Below, piece by piece: positions 9,360-18,768 of a DNA stretch of 64,000 bases. The stretch's first letter is position 1. Every line of letters begins with the position of its first letter. The DNA is from Chlorobiota bacterium (lineage in GTDB: Bacteria > Bacteroidota > Ignavibacteria > Tepidaquicellales > OLB5), in contig JAKEEM010000009.1 of assembly GCA_022616535.1 (NCBI GenBank), positions 11,353-75,352 on the forward strand, written 5' to 3'. Both the position numbers and the translations under genes were made by a program. Under the pieces are notes generated by a model, which saw nothing but the letters and a program-made list of their open reading frames with translations, was not told the DNA's origin and ran no database searches.

Positions 9360-9473
9360 TAAGTAACTAAAATCACTATTATTTTATTCAAAAATAGGAA
9401 TTTTTTATGACTAAAAATATTTATATTTTAAGTCTGGTTGGGATATAAATCATAAATCTTAGGAGGAAAAATT

Positions 9474-10187
9474 ATGGAGCCAATTCCTGTTGCGCAGGAT
9501 TCCTATACAGGCGCGGTAGAATCTGCAAGAGGTTTTATAGCTAAAGTTTATTTGTGGATGTCACTGGGTTTGTTTGTAACCGCTTCCGTTTCAGTTGCAC
9601 CCATACTAATACTCGGCGAAGTTGCTTATTATAACTTAATTGCTGAAAACATTATGATAATCTTTGGTTTGATGATTGTTGAGCTTGCAATTGTATTTGG
9701 CCTGACTTTTCTGATTAATAAGATTCCGGCCGTGCTGGGATTTCTGGCATTCTTGGTTTATTCATTCCTGAACGGTATTACTCTGTCTCCAATATTTTTA
9801 GTATATACCGGAGCCTCAATTTTTTCAACGTTTCTCGTATGCGCCATTATGTTCGGCGGAACCAGCATTCTGGGATATATAACTAAAATTGATTTAACAC
9901 GCTTCGGCGGTTTTTTAATGATGGCATTATTCGGCTTATTGGGAGTAATGGTGGTTAATTTGTTTTTACAGAGCAATATGATGAGCTGGCTCATTTCATT
10001 TATCGGTGTTATTTTATTTGTAGGTTTAACCGCCTATGATACACAGAAGATAAAAAATATGGCGGGAAGCATTGATGCTTCATCTGAGGAAGGGAAAAAA
10101 GCTTCTATTATGGGTGCGCTGGCTCTGTACCTTGACTTTATAAACCTGTTCCTGTTCCTGCTCAGACTTCTTGGAAGGAGAAATTAA
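9474..10187 (+). CDS. Bax inhibitor-1/YccA family membrane protein
   Basis: 237 aa, 7-TM-like. Has the FIAKVYLWMSLGL start, the TAYDTQKIK motif and a basic C-terminus typical of BI-1/YccA. An AGGAGG RBS lies upstream. Confidence 0.85.
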   Translation: MEPIPVAQDSYTGAVESARGFIAKVYLWMSLGLFVTASVSVAPILILGEVAYYNLIAENIMIIFGLMIVELAIVFGLTFLINKIPAVLGFLAFLVYSFLNGITLSPIFLVYTGASIFSTFLVCAIMFGGTSILGYITKIDLTRFGGFLMMALFGLLGVMVVNLFLQSNMMSWLISFIGVILFVGLTAYDTQKIKNMAGSIDASSEEGKKASIMGALALYLDFINLFLFLLRLLGRRN

Positions 10188-10206
10188 TTTTTAATTTAAT
10201 AAATAT

Positions 10207-11634
10207 ATGAATAAAATATTAGCATTTGTTTTATCATTTCTTTTAAGCGGGTCGGCATTTTCGCAGGTTAATTTCGTAAATGCATTCCAAAATCTCTCGT
10301 TCAGCGCCCCGGTTTTTTTAACCCATGCTTATGACGGGACAAACCGGATTTTTGTCGTTCAGCAGGGGGGAACAATCAGAGTTTTTCCTAACGATTCAAT
10401 GACTGCTTCTTCGCAGATATTTTTGAATTTAACAAACAAAGTTTTATCGGGCGGTGAAAGGGGACTTCTCGGTCTTGCATTCCATCCCAATTATGAAAAC
10501 AACAGGTATTTTTATGTTAATTATACACGCCAGCCCGATGGCGCAACAATTGTATCGCGTTTCCAGACAATGCTCGGCAATCCTAACAAGGCAGATTCGC
10601 TAAGCGAATTGATTTTGCTTACCATTGCCCAGCCGTTTGCAAACCATAACGGCGGAATGGTAATGTTTGGGCTTGACAATTATTTATATATTGGAATGGG
10701 GGACGGCGGGAGCGGCGGTGACCCCGGAAACCGTGCACAAAATCCAAATGAGCTTCTTGGTAAGATTTTGAGAATTAATGTGGATACAGCTTATGGTGGA
10801 AACAATTACGGCATTCCGCCGACAAACCCGTTTTTCAACGGAGGGGGCAGAGGCGAAATCTTTGCGCTTGGCATGCGTAACCCGTGGCGCTTTTCTCAGG
10901 ACCCCGTAACAGGAACTATTTATTGCGGCGATGTAGGACAAAATGACTGGGAGGAGATTGATACATTGGCAGTAGGAAAAAATTACGGATGGAGGTGTTA
11001 TGAAGGCTTTGCTCCCTTCAATACCGGCGGCTGCGGACCCATTACAAATTATACGTTCCCTGTTACTGCATACCCGAATAATGAGCAGGGCTGTTCTGTA
11101 ACAGGAGGATATCTCTACAGGGGATCGCGTGTACCATGGCTTGTTGGCAGGTATGTGTATGGTGATTACTGCACAAGAAAAGTTTGGAAGTTTCTCTTAA
11201 GCGGCGGCGTGATGAGCGACTCAAGCCAGATTGGAACTGCTCCGTCAGGCATACTTTCATTCGGCGTTGACCAGAATAATGAGCTTTATACCTGCTGTTC
11301 GAACGGAATTATTTATAAATTTCTCAACACAGTAATTGGTATAAACGGAAATTCAAATGAAGTTCCCGAGGGTTTTGCACTTGAACAAAACTACCCCAAT
11401 CCGTTTAATCCGGCAACATCGATTAAGTTCACAGTTCCGCAGACAGGATTTATCGCTTTAAATATATTTGATGTTACGGGCAAAGAGATTACCGTACTGG
11501 TTAACGAAAACAAAACTGCGGGTAACTACTCCATTGGCTGGAATGCATCGGACTTCCCCAGCGGTGTGTATTTCTACAGATTGACACTGAATAATGAATA
11601 TTCACTTGAAAAGAAAATGGTTTTAGTAAAATAG
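10207..11634 (+). CDS. PQQ-dependent sugar (glucose/sorbosone) dehydrogenase-like beta-propeller with a T9SS C-terminal sorting domain, paralog 1
   Basis: 475 aa with a signal peptide. Has GERGLLGLAFHPNY, NHNGG, GDGG and GMRNPWRF motifs of the GSDH family. The C-terminus has NYPNPFNP...GVYFYRL...KKMVLVK. Confidence 0.8.
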   Translation: MNKILAFVLSFLLSGSAFSQVNFVNAFQNLSFSAPVFLTHAYDGTNRIFVVQQGGTIRVFPNDSMTASSQIFLNLTNKVLSGGERGLLGLAFHPNYENNRYFYVNYTRQPDGATIVSRFQTMLGNPNKADSLSELILLTIAQPFANHNGGMVMFGLDNYLYIGMGDGGSGGDPGNRAQNPNELLGKILRINVDTAYGGNNYGIPPTNPFFNGGGRGEIFALGMRNPWRFSQDPVTGTIYCGDVGQNDWEEIDTLAVGKNYGWRCYEGFAPFNTGGCGPITNYTFPVTAYPNNEQGCSVTGGYLYRGSRVPWLVGRYVYGDYCTRKVWKFLLSGGVMSDSSQIGTAPSGILSFGVDQNNELYTCCSNGIIYKFLNTVIGINGNSNEVPEGFALEQNYPNPFNPATSIKFTVPQTGFIALNIFDVTGKEITVLVNENKTAGNYSIGWNASDFPSGVYFYRLTLNNEYSLEKKMVLVK

Positions 11635-11673
11635 TATATTGGCAAAGTAGTATATTACGGCTACTAAACAAAA

Positions 11674-11702
11674 AGCGTCCAAAACCCAGGGACGCTTTTT
11701 TT
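11674..11702 (+). terminator. intrinsic terminator after paralog 1
   Basis: GCGTCC-loop-GGACGC followed by TTTTTTTT. Confidence 0.7.
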
Positions 11703-11746
11703 ATTGAAGATTGTTGGTTATTTTATAGTAATTATAAGAAATTATT

Positions 11747-13141
11747 ATGAAAAAGTTAATAATAATTTATTCTGTCCTTTCTGCATTGCCAGTTTTTTCA
11801 CAGCAGTACCTTTTTGATGTGCTTGTAAGCGGCATAAGGGAACCTACTGCATTCGCGATTCTTCCAAACGGCAATTTTATTGTAAACCAAAAACACGATT
11901 CAACAAAAATATATAATGCAGTAAACGGGCAGCTAATTTCATGCTTCTGGAACTTTCGGGATTCTTTATACGATAATCCCGAAACCGGAGTTATCGGAAT
12001 TTGCATAGACCCTAATTTTAACAGTAACCATTGCGTTTATATATTGTACACTGATAGATTTGATTCAACCGCAAGAGTTATAAGACTTACAGAAAATAGC
12101 AATGTTGGGACTAATCCCTTTATAGTTACAAAGTTTAGGCGAAATGGACCGAACTACGGCGGTCCGCACCTTGCGGGCAACTTAAGATTTGGACCATTAA
12201 ATAAACTCTATGTTAGCATCGGTGAAGCAGGCCAAAGCTCAAACGCACAATTATTAACCAATCCACTAGGAAAAATACTGAGAATTAACTCTGACGGCAC
12301 TATACCAACCGATAATCCTTTTTATGATGACGGTAATCCTTTAACCGGTAACGATGACAGGATATGGGCTTACGGGTTAAGGAACAGCTATGATTTTTGT
12401 TTTAGCCCGATTAATGACTCTATATATGCACCGGAAAATAATAATAATTTACGTGACGAATTTAATTATATTAGAAAGGGCAAAAATTACGGATGGCCCA
12501 TTTGCCAGACTTTTTGCAATCCATATAACCCGCTCTATAAAGACCCGATGGATACATTACCCAATACCTCGGGCAACCTGCACTATATTCCAACAGGAGT
12601 TATTGTATACAATGGTTCTCAAATGCCCGAACTTTATGGCAAACTTTTAATAGGAGGGGCAAGAGGGTCTTTAATCAAATATAATTTGGGCAATGCGCCT
12701 GCATACGATACAATAATCCCCCCTTATACGTTTGTAATACCGTTTGGTGGTACCGGACTTACTACTGTATTACAAGGCACAGATGGTTTTATTTACTATG
12801 CAGCATTCCATTCAAGCAATGGCTCGATTGTCAGAATAAAACCAAATCCAAATGCAGTTAATAACAATGGCATTCCTGTAGATTTTTCTTTATCCCAAAA
12901 CTATCCCAATCCCTTTAACCCTGTTACAAAAATTAAATATGAAATACCAAAATCTGAATTTGTTACTTTGAAAATTTATAACGTTTTGGGAATTGAAATC
13001 GCAGCACTGGTTGATGAGCAAAAACAAACAGGGAGCTATGAAATTGATTGGGACGCATCTAATTATCCGAGCGGTGTGTATTTTTATGAGCTTCATGCGG
13101 GAGAATTTATAGATAGAAAGAAAATGATATTAGTAAAGTAA
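11747..13141 (+). CDS. PQQ-dependent sugar dehydrogenase-like protein with T9SS CTD, paralog 2
   Basis: 464 aa. Divergent GSDH-like core (GKILRINSDGTIPTDNPF, GLRNSYDF, GKNYGWP). Its CTD is almost identical to that of paralog 3. Confidence 0.75.
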   Translation: MKKLIIIYSVLSALPVFSQQYLFDVLVSGIREPTAFAILPNGNFIVNQKHDSTKIYNAVNGQLISCFWNFRDSLYDNPETGVIGICIDPNFNSNHCVYILYTDRFDSTARVIRLTENSNVGTNPFIVTKFRRNGPNYGGPHLAGNLRFGPLNKLYVSIGEAGQSSNAQLLTNPLGKILRINSDGTIPTDNPFYDDGNPLTGNDDRIWAYGLRNSYDFCFSPINDSIYAPENNNNLRDEFNYIRKGKNYGWPICQTFCNPYNPLYKDPMDTLPNTSGNLHYIPTGVIVYNGSQMPELYGKLLIGGARGSLIKYNLGNAPAYDTIIPPYTFVIPFGGTGLTTVLQGTDGFIYYAAFHSSNGSIVRIKPNPNAVNNNGIPVDFSLSQNYPNPFNPVTKIKYEIPKSEFVTLKIYNVLGIEIAALVDEQKQTGSYEIDWDASNYPSGVYFYELHAGEFIDRKKMILVK

Positions 13142-13152
13142 ATTTATCTAAA

Positions 13153-14529
13153 ATGATAAAATACCTATTAACATTATTTATTTTTTTACACAATTTAACG
13201 ATTTATTCTCAAAGCTACCAATTTGAAACCAAAATAACAGGACTGAGCGCAGTGACTTGCTTTGAATTTTTATCAGCAGACAATGTAATTATTAACCAAA
13301 AGACGGGATTATCTAAAATTTATACACTTAATAATGTATTTATCTCCAATTTCTGGAATTTTACAGATTCTACTAACAGTGGAGGAGAATGCGGACTAAT
13401 AGGGGTGTGTCTTGACCCCGCTTATTCTTCGAATCATTATATTTATTTTTATTATATCCATAATAATGGGAATTACCGGGTTGTTAGATTAACTAATAAT
13501 AATAATATAGGGTCTTCTCCTTTCATTGTTTTTAACGCACCTGCAATTGTTTCTACAATTCATGTAGGAGGCAATATCCATTTTGGAAGAGATGGTAAAC
13601 TGTATATTTCAATAGGGGAAAACGGAACAGGTTCTAATTCGCAGTCATTGACAACATTTAAAGGGAAGATTTTAAGGATAAATTCCAACGGAACAATACC
13701 GACGAATAACCCTTTTTATGACGACGGTAATCCGCTAACGGGAAATGATGACAGGATTTGGGCTCTTGGATTAAGGAATAGTTATGATTTTACATTCAGC
13801 CCCATAAATGATTCATTATACGCGACTGAAAACAGTGCTGGCTCGCCTGACGAGGTTAACTATATTATTAAAGGAAAAAACTACGGCTGGCCGATATGCC
13901 AGGGGTATTGTAATCCCTATAACCCGCTTTACAAGCAGCCCCTTGATACAATAACAGGGAGCGGGGTTGTGAATTATGCACCTACAGGAATAATTGTTTA
14001 TACAGGCTCTGTTATGCCTGAGCTTTACGGACGTTTAATTTACGGCGGATACGGTTTAGGTCCTATAAAGGGAATAATGAAAGCTACACTTGGAAATCCA
14101 CCATTTTATGATACCGTTCTTACGCATGTAATTATCAATCCTCTGACCTCAATAACTTGTATTAAACAGGGAGCGGACGGTTATATTTATTTATCGATTT
14201 ATGCCCCCGGTGCAATTTATAAAATGGTTTACAATACAAGCGGCATAAATAATAATAATGCCCCTGTTAATTTTTCTTTATCACAAAACTATCCCAATCC
14301 CTTTAACCCTGTTACAAAAATTAAATATGAAATACCAAAATCTGAATTTGTTACATTAAAAATATATAACGTTTTGGGAATTGAAATCGTAGCACTGGTT
14401 GATGAGCAAAAACAAACAGGGAGCTATGAAACTGAGTGGAACGCATCGAGCTTCCCAAGCGGGGTGTTTTTTTATGAGCTTCAGGCCGGAGACTTTATAG
14501 ATAGAAAGAAAATGGTTTTGCTAAAGTAA
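13153..14529 (+). CDS. PQQ-dependent sugar dehydrogenase-like protein with T9SS CTD, paralog 3
   Basis: 458 aa. Collinear with, and highly similar to, paralog 4 over its full length. Confidence 0.75.
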   Translation: MIKYLLTLFIFLHNLTIYSQSYQFETKITGLSAVTCFEFLSADNVIINQKTGLSKIYTLNNVFISNFWNFTDSTNSGGECGLIGVCLDPAYSSNHYIYFYYIHNNGNYRVVRLTNNNNIGSSPFIVFNAPAIVSTIHVGGNIHFGRDGKLYISIGENGTGSNSQSLTTFKGKILRINSNGTIPTNNPFYDDGNPLTGNDDRIWALGLRNSYDFTFSPINDSLYATENSAGSPDEVNYIIKGKNYGWPICQGYCNPYNPLYKQPLDTITGSGVVNYAPTGIIVYTGSVMPELYGRLIYGGYGLGPIKGIMKATLGNPPFYDTVLTHVIINPLTSITCIKQGADGYIYLSIYAPGAIYKMVYNTSGINNNNAPVNFSLSQNYPNPFNPVTKIKYEIPKSEFVTLKIYNVLGIEIVALVDEQKQTGSYETEWNASSFPSGVFFYELQAGDFIDRKKMVLLK

Positions 14530-14540
14530 ATTTTACTGAA

Positions 14541-15914
14541 ATGAGAAAATACATAGTTACTTTATTTATTCTTTTTTTGTATGTAACGATTTATTCTCAA
14601 AGCTATCAGTTTGAAACTAAAATAACAGGTTTAGGCGGGGTGACTTGCTTTGAATTTTTATCGCCTGACAACGTAATTATTAACCAAAAAGTAGGACTTT
14701 GCAGAATATTTTCGCTTAATAATACATTAATTTCCAACTTCTGGTATTTTGGCGACTCTGTGAATACCGGTGGTGAGTGCGGACTGATAGGGGTATGTCT
14801 CGACCCCTCTTATTCATCGAACCATTACATCTATTTTTATTATATCCACAATAACGGGAATTATCGTGTAGTTAGATTAACTAATAACAATAATTTAGGA
14901 ACTTCCCCTTTTATTGTTTTTAATGAACCGGCAATTACATCAACAATTCATGTTGGAGGGAATTTGCACTTCGGACGAGACGGTAAGTTGTATGTTTCTA
15001 TCGGTGAAAATGGAATTGGTTCCAATTCTCAATCGCTTACTACGTTTAAAGGAAAGATTTTAAGAATAAATTCAAATGGTACGATACCAACAGATAACCC
15101 TTATTATGATGACGGTAATCCGTATACAGGAAATGATGACAGGATTTGGGCGCTTGGATTGAGGAATAGTTACGATTTCACTTTCAGCCCTATAAATGAT
15201 TCATTATACGCAACCGAAAACAGTGCCGGCTCTCCTGATGAGGTTAATTATATAATGAAAGGCAAAAACTACGGCTGGCCTATATGCCAGGGATATTGTA
15301 ATCCATATAACCCGCTTTACCGCCAGCCGCTTGATACAATTACAGGGAGTGGAGTTACTAACTATGCGCCCACTGGAATTATCATTTATACCGGGTCTGT
15401 TATGCCTGAGCTTTACGGTCGGATGATTTACGGCGGTTACGGAATTGGTCCAATACAAGGAATAATGAAAGCTACTCTTGGTAACCCGCCGTATTATGAT
15501 ACTGTACTTTCGCATACAATTATTAACGCGCTTCGGCCTGTTATTACTATTAAACAAGGTCCTGATGGCTATATTTATTTATCGGTTTACTCCGGCACAA
15601 TTTATAAAATGGTATATAATACAAGCGGCATAAATAATAATAATGCCCCCGTTAATTTTTCTTTATCCCAAAACTATCCAAATCCCTTCAATCCAACCAC
15701 AAAAATTAAATATGAAATACCAAAATCGGAGTTTGTTACGTTGAAAATTTATAACGTTTTGGGAAGCGAGATTGCAGAACTTGTTAACGAGTACAAGCAA
15801 ACCGGCAGTTATGAGGTTGAGTGGGATGCTTCGAACTTCCCAAGCGGCGTGTTTTTTTATGAACTTTTAGCAGGTCCCTTTAAAGTTAGAAAGAAAATGG
15901 TTTTGGTGAAGTAG
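14541..15914 (+). CDS. PQQ-dependent sugar dehydrogenase-like protein with T9SS CTD, paralog 4
   Basis: 457 aa. Same architecture as paralog 3. Confidence 0.75.
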   Translation: MRKYIVTLFILFLYVTIYSQSYQFETKITGLGGVTCFEFLSPDNVIINQKVGLCRIFSLNNTLISNFWYFGDSVNTGGECGLIGVCLDPSYSSNHYIYFYYIHNNGNYRVVRLTNNNNLGTSPFIVFNEPAITSTIHVGGNLHFGRDGKLYVSIGENGIGSNSQSLTTFKGKILRINSNGTIPTDNPYYDDGNPYTGNDDRIWALGLRNSYDFTFSPINDSLYATENSAGSPDEVNYIMKGKNYGWPICQGYCNPYNPLYRQPLDTITGSGVTNYAPTGIIIYTGSVMPELYGRMIYGGYGIGPIQGIMKATLGNPPYYDTVLSHTIINALRPVITIKQGPDGYIYLSVYSGTIYKMVYNTSGINNNNAPVNFSLSQNYPNPFNPTTKIKYEIPKSEFVTLKIYNVLGSEIAELVNEYKQTGSYEVEWDASNFPSGVFFYELLAGPFKVRKKMVLVK

Positions 15915-15955
15915 TAGATTGCTTCGCCCGGAATTTTTCGGGACTCGCAATTATT

Positions 15956-15990
15956 GCCTGTCAGAATTTCTGGCGGGCTTTTTGTTTTTC
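15956..15990 (+). terminator. intrinsic terminator after the dehydrogenase array
   Basis: GCCTGTCAG-AATTT-CTGGCGGGC (two G-U pairs) followed by TTTTTGTTTTT. Confidence 0.6.
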
Positions 15991-15997
15991 AGATGGG

Positions 15998-16005
15998 TAT
16001 ATTTG
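15998..16005 (+). promoter_or_regulatory. TAnnTTTG -7 motif (TATATTTG) for metG
   Basis: Lies 11 nt upstream of the metG ATG (16017), which implies a very short or absent leader. Confidence 0.45.
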
Positions 16006-16016
16006 CCCGTTAATCG

Positions 16017-17678
16017 ATGAAAAAACCAGGCAATTATAGCAGAATTTTGGTGACTTCCGCCCTTACATACGCTAACGGAGATACGCATTTGGGACATATT
16101 GCAGGCTCGATTCTGCCTGGCGATATGTTTGCAAGATACTGCCGTCTTGCGGGATATGATATTATTTACGTCTGCGGCTCCGATGAATTCGGCACAGCTA
16201 TCGAAATGTCAGCTATAAAAGAAGGCATATCACCCAAAGAGATAATTGATAAATATCATTTTGCGAATAAAAAGGCCTACGAAGATTTAGGAATGTCCTT
16301 TGATATTTATTCCAGAACATCCTCGGATATCCACAGTAAAACTTCTCAGGATTTTTTCTTAAACTTATATGACAAGGGTTTGCTATATCAAAAGACCGAG
16401 AAACAGCTTTACTCTGAAAAAGAAAGTCGCTTTCTTGCCGATAGGTATGTTAAGGGAACCTGTCCTGTCTGCGGTTTTGAGGAAGCAAAAGGCGACGAAT
16501 GCGAAAACTGCGGAAGTGCACTCTCACCCCTTGAGCTGATTAACCCAAAATCGACAATTACAGGCGATACACCTGTTGTTAAAGAATCAACTCACTTCTA
16601 TTTTCCGCTCAGTAAATACCAGGAAAAGCTTGAAAAATGGATTGATTCAAAAGCAGACTGGAAGCCCAATGTAATTAATTACTGCAAAGGGTGGTTTAAA
16701 ACCGGCTTAAAAGACAGGGCAATAACAAGGGATTTGGACTGGGGTGTGCCTGTTCCCCTTGAAGGATACGGCGGGAAAGTTATATACGTTTGGTTTGAAG
16801 CTCCTATAGGCTATATATCTAATACTTTAGAGCTTTTTGATCAAAAAGGGGAGCCTGAAAAATGGAAAGATTATTGGTTCAGGGAGGATACAAAATTAGT
16901 CCACTTTCTGGGGAAGGATAATATAATTTTTCACGCAATATTTTTCCCTGCAATGTTAATGGCTCGGGAGGGTTTTGTACTTGCCGATAATGTCCCCGCT
17001 AATGAATTTATGAACCTCGAAGGAAGCAAGCAGTCAAAAAGCAAGGGGCATGCAATACTCGTAAAAGATGTTGTTAAAAAATTTAATCCCGACAGTATTC
17101 GCTACGCGATTGCAAGCAATATGCCTGAAAATAAAGACACGGACTTTTACTGGGAAGACCTTCAGGCAAAAAATAACAATGAGCTCGGAGCAATCCTTGG
17201 AAACTTTGTAAACAGAACTTTTGTATTTGCTGAAAAATACTTTGATTTAAAGGTGCCTGAAAGAGGCAGTTTGGAGCAGATTGACAATGTCTTGATTGAA
17301 AGCTTAAAATCCTATTCTAAGAGGATTGCAAATTATTACGAAAGCTATAAATTTAAGGACGCAGTGGGTGAGACTATGAATCTTGTAAGAGATGCCAATA
17401 AGTATTTTAACGATACACAGCCGTGGAAGGCAGTTAAAGATAATAAAGAAAGATGCTCAACAATTATTAATATTTGCCTTCAGCTGTGCCATACATTTGC
17501 TGTATTGTTTAATCCTGTTTTGCCGCTTACTTCGGAAAAGCTGCTTGAAATGCTGAATGAGGATAAAGCAAATTTCTCGTGGGATAAATCATACGAAATG
17601 TGTCTTCCCGATGGTCAAGTTTTAAATAAACCCGAAATATTATTTGTTAAAATAGAGGATTCACAAATAGAGAACTAA
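16017..17678 (+). CDS. metG: methionine--tRNA ligase (short form)
   Basis: 553 aa. Has the class I HIGH motif (GDTHLGH), a Zn knuckle (CPVCG...CENCG) and a KMSKS-like motif (KQSKSKG). Confidence 0.92.
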   Translation: MKKPGNYSRILVTSALTYANGDTHLGHIAGSILPGDMFARYCRLAGYDIIYVCGSDEFGTAIEMSAIKEGISPKEIIDKYHFANKKAYEDLGMSFDIYSRTSSDIHSKTSQDFFLNLYDKGLLYQKTEKQLYSEKESRFLADRYVKGTCPVCGFEEAKGDECENCGSALSPLELINPKSTITGDTPVVKESTHFYFPLSKYQEKLEKWIDSKADWKPNVINYCKGWFKTGLKDRAITRDLDWGVPVPLEGYGGKVIYVWFEAPIGYISNTLELFDQKGEPEKWKDYWFREDTKLVHFLGKDNIIFHAIFFPAMLMAREGFVLADNVPANEFMNLEGSKQSKSKGHAILVKDVVKKFNPDSIRYAIASNMPENKDTDFYWEDLQAKNNNELGAILGNFVNRTFVFAEKYFDLKVPERGSLEQIDNVLIESLKSYSKRIANYYESYKFKDAVGETMNLVRDANKYFNDTQPWKAVKDNKERCSTIINICLQLCHTFAVLFNPVLPLTSEKLLEMLNEDKANFSWDKSYEMCLPDGQVLNKPEILFVKIEDSQIEN

Positions 17679-17697
17679 AAAACTAACGGAAATTTTA

Positions 17698-18543
17698 ATG
17701 AACGATAATTTTTCGTACCAGTTTGGAAAAAAGGTTTACGACCTCAGCTCAAGAACATTTGTAATGGGTGTCCTTAATGTTACACCCGATTCATTCTCCG
17801 ACGGAGGGAAGTATTTTAAGCCGGAAGATGCAATTGCACACGCAAAGCAGATGGAATCCGAAGGGGCTGATTTTATTGATGTCGGGGGACAATCAACCCG
17901 CCCGGGGGCTGAGGAAGTTTCACAAGAAGAGGAGTTTAACAGAGTTATCCCAGTAATTAAATCGCTCGTTAACGAAGTAAAAATACCGATTTCAATTGAT
18001 ACGTACCGCTCGGAAGTTGCTGAGGAAGCTTTAAAAAACGGGGCTTTGATTGTCAATGACATAAGCGGATTTAATTTCGACAAGAACATGGCTCCTACTG
18101 TTGCAAAGCATAAAGCCTCGGCAATTATAATGCATATTAAGGGTACCCCAAAAGACATGCAGCTGGATCCCCAATACAATGACCTTATTGGTGAGATTAT
18201 CCAGTATTTTGAAAATGCTGCCTGGAAAGCAAATGTTGAGGGTATAAAGCAGATTATTATTGACCCTGGTATCGGGTTTGGCAAAACTGTTGAGCATAAC
18301 CTGAAAATACTTAAACATCTCGGCGAACTGAAAAGGCTGGATTCTCCAATAATGGTCGGCATTTCGAGGAAAAGCTTGATTGGAAAACTTACAAATACCA
18401 ATGATGTTAACGACAGGCTTGAAGGAACCGTTGCTTTGAATTCTGTTGCATTGCTTAACGGGGCCCACATTATCAGAGTTCATGACGTTAAAGCCGGAGT
18501 AAGAACCGCAAGGGTCCTTGATGCATACAGAAATGTAAATTAA
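17698..18543 (+). CDS. folP: dihydropteroate synthase
   Basis: 281 aa. Has GVLNVTPDSFSDGG, DVGGQSTRPG and DPGIGFGK motifs. Confidence 0.92.
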   Translation: MNDNFSYQFGKKVYDLSSRTFVMGVLNVTPDSFSDGGKYFKPEDAIAHAKQMESEGADFIDVGGQSTRPGAEEVSQEEEFNRVIPVIKSLVNEVKIPISIDTYRSEVAEEALKNGALIVNDISGFNFDKNMAPTVAKHKASAIIMHIKGTPKDMQLDPQYNDLIGEIIQYFENAAWKANVEGIKQIIIDPGIGFGKTVEHNLKILKHLGELKRLDSPIMVGISRKSLIGKLTNTNDVNDRLEGTVALNSVALLNGAHIIRVHDVKAGVRTARVLDAYRNVN

Positions 18544-18768
18544 CAGTTTCTAAACAGTAACCTTACAATTTTTTTCAAAAAAATCATTTCTCACCTATAA
18601 AAGGCATTTTCTAATTTAACCAAAGAAGTTAGAAATTCTTCTTGCATTCCCAACGAATAAATATTATGTTAGGCAGGTTTAGTTAATTAAATTAGTTATA
18701 AATAATTTTTAATCTAACGTTTTTAGTTAACTACACAGTATTCTTTTTAAAAAAGGGGAGAAATTAGT

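Noticed and set aside
10207-15914. Diversity-generating retroelement or phase-variation mechanism acting on the dehydrogenase paralogs
   Set aside because: The window contains no reverse transcriptase, template repeat, invertase or invertible-promoter inverted repeats. The mosaic identity is adequately explained by homologous recombination between paralogs.
17736-18483. 244-aa and 150-aa minus-strand ORFs
   Set aside because: Both are antisense shadow ORFs of folP, low-complexity and with no recognisable motifs.
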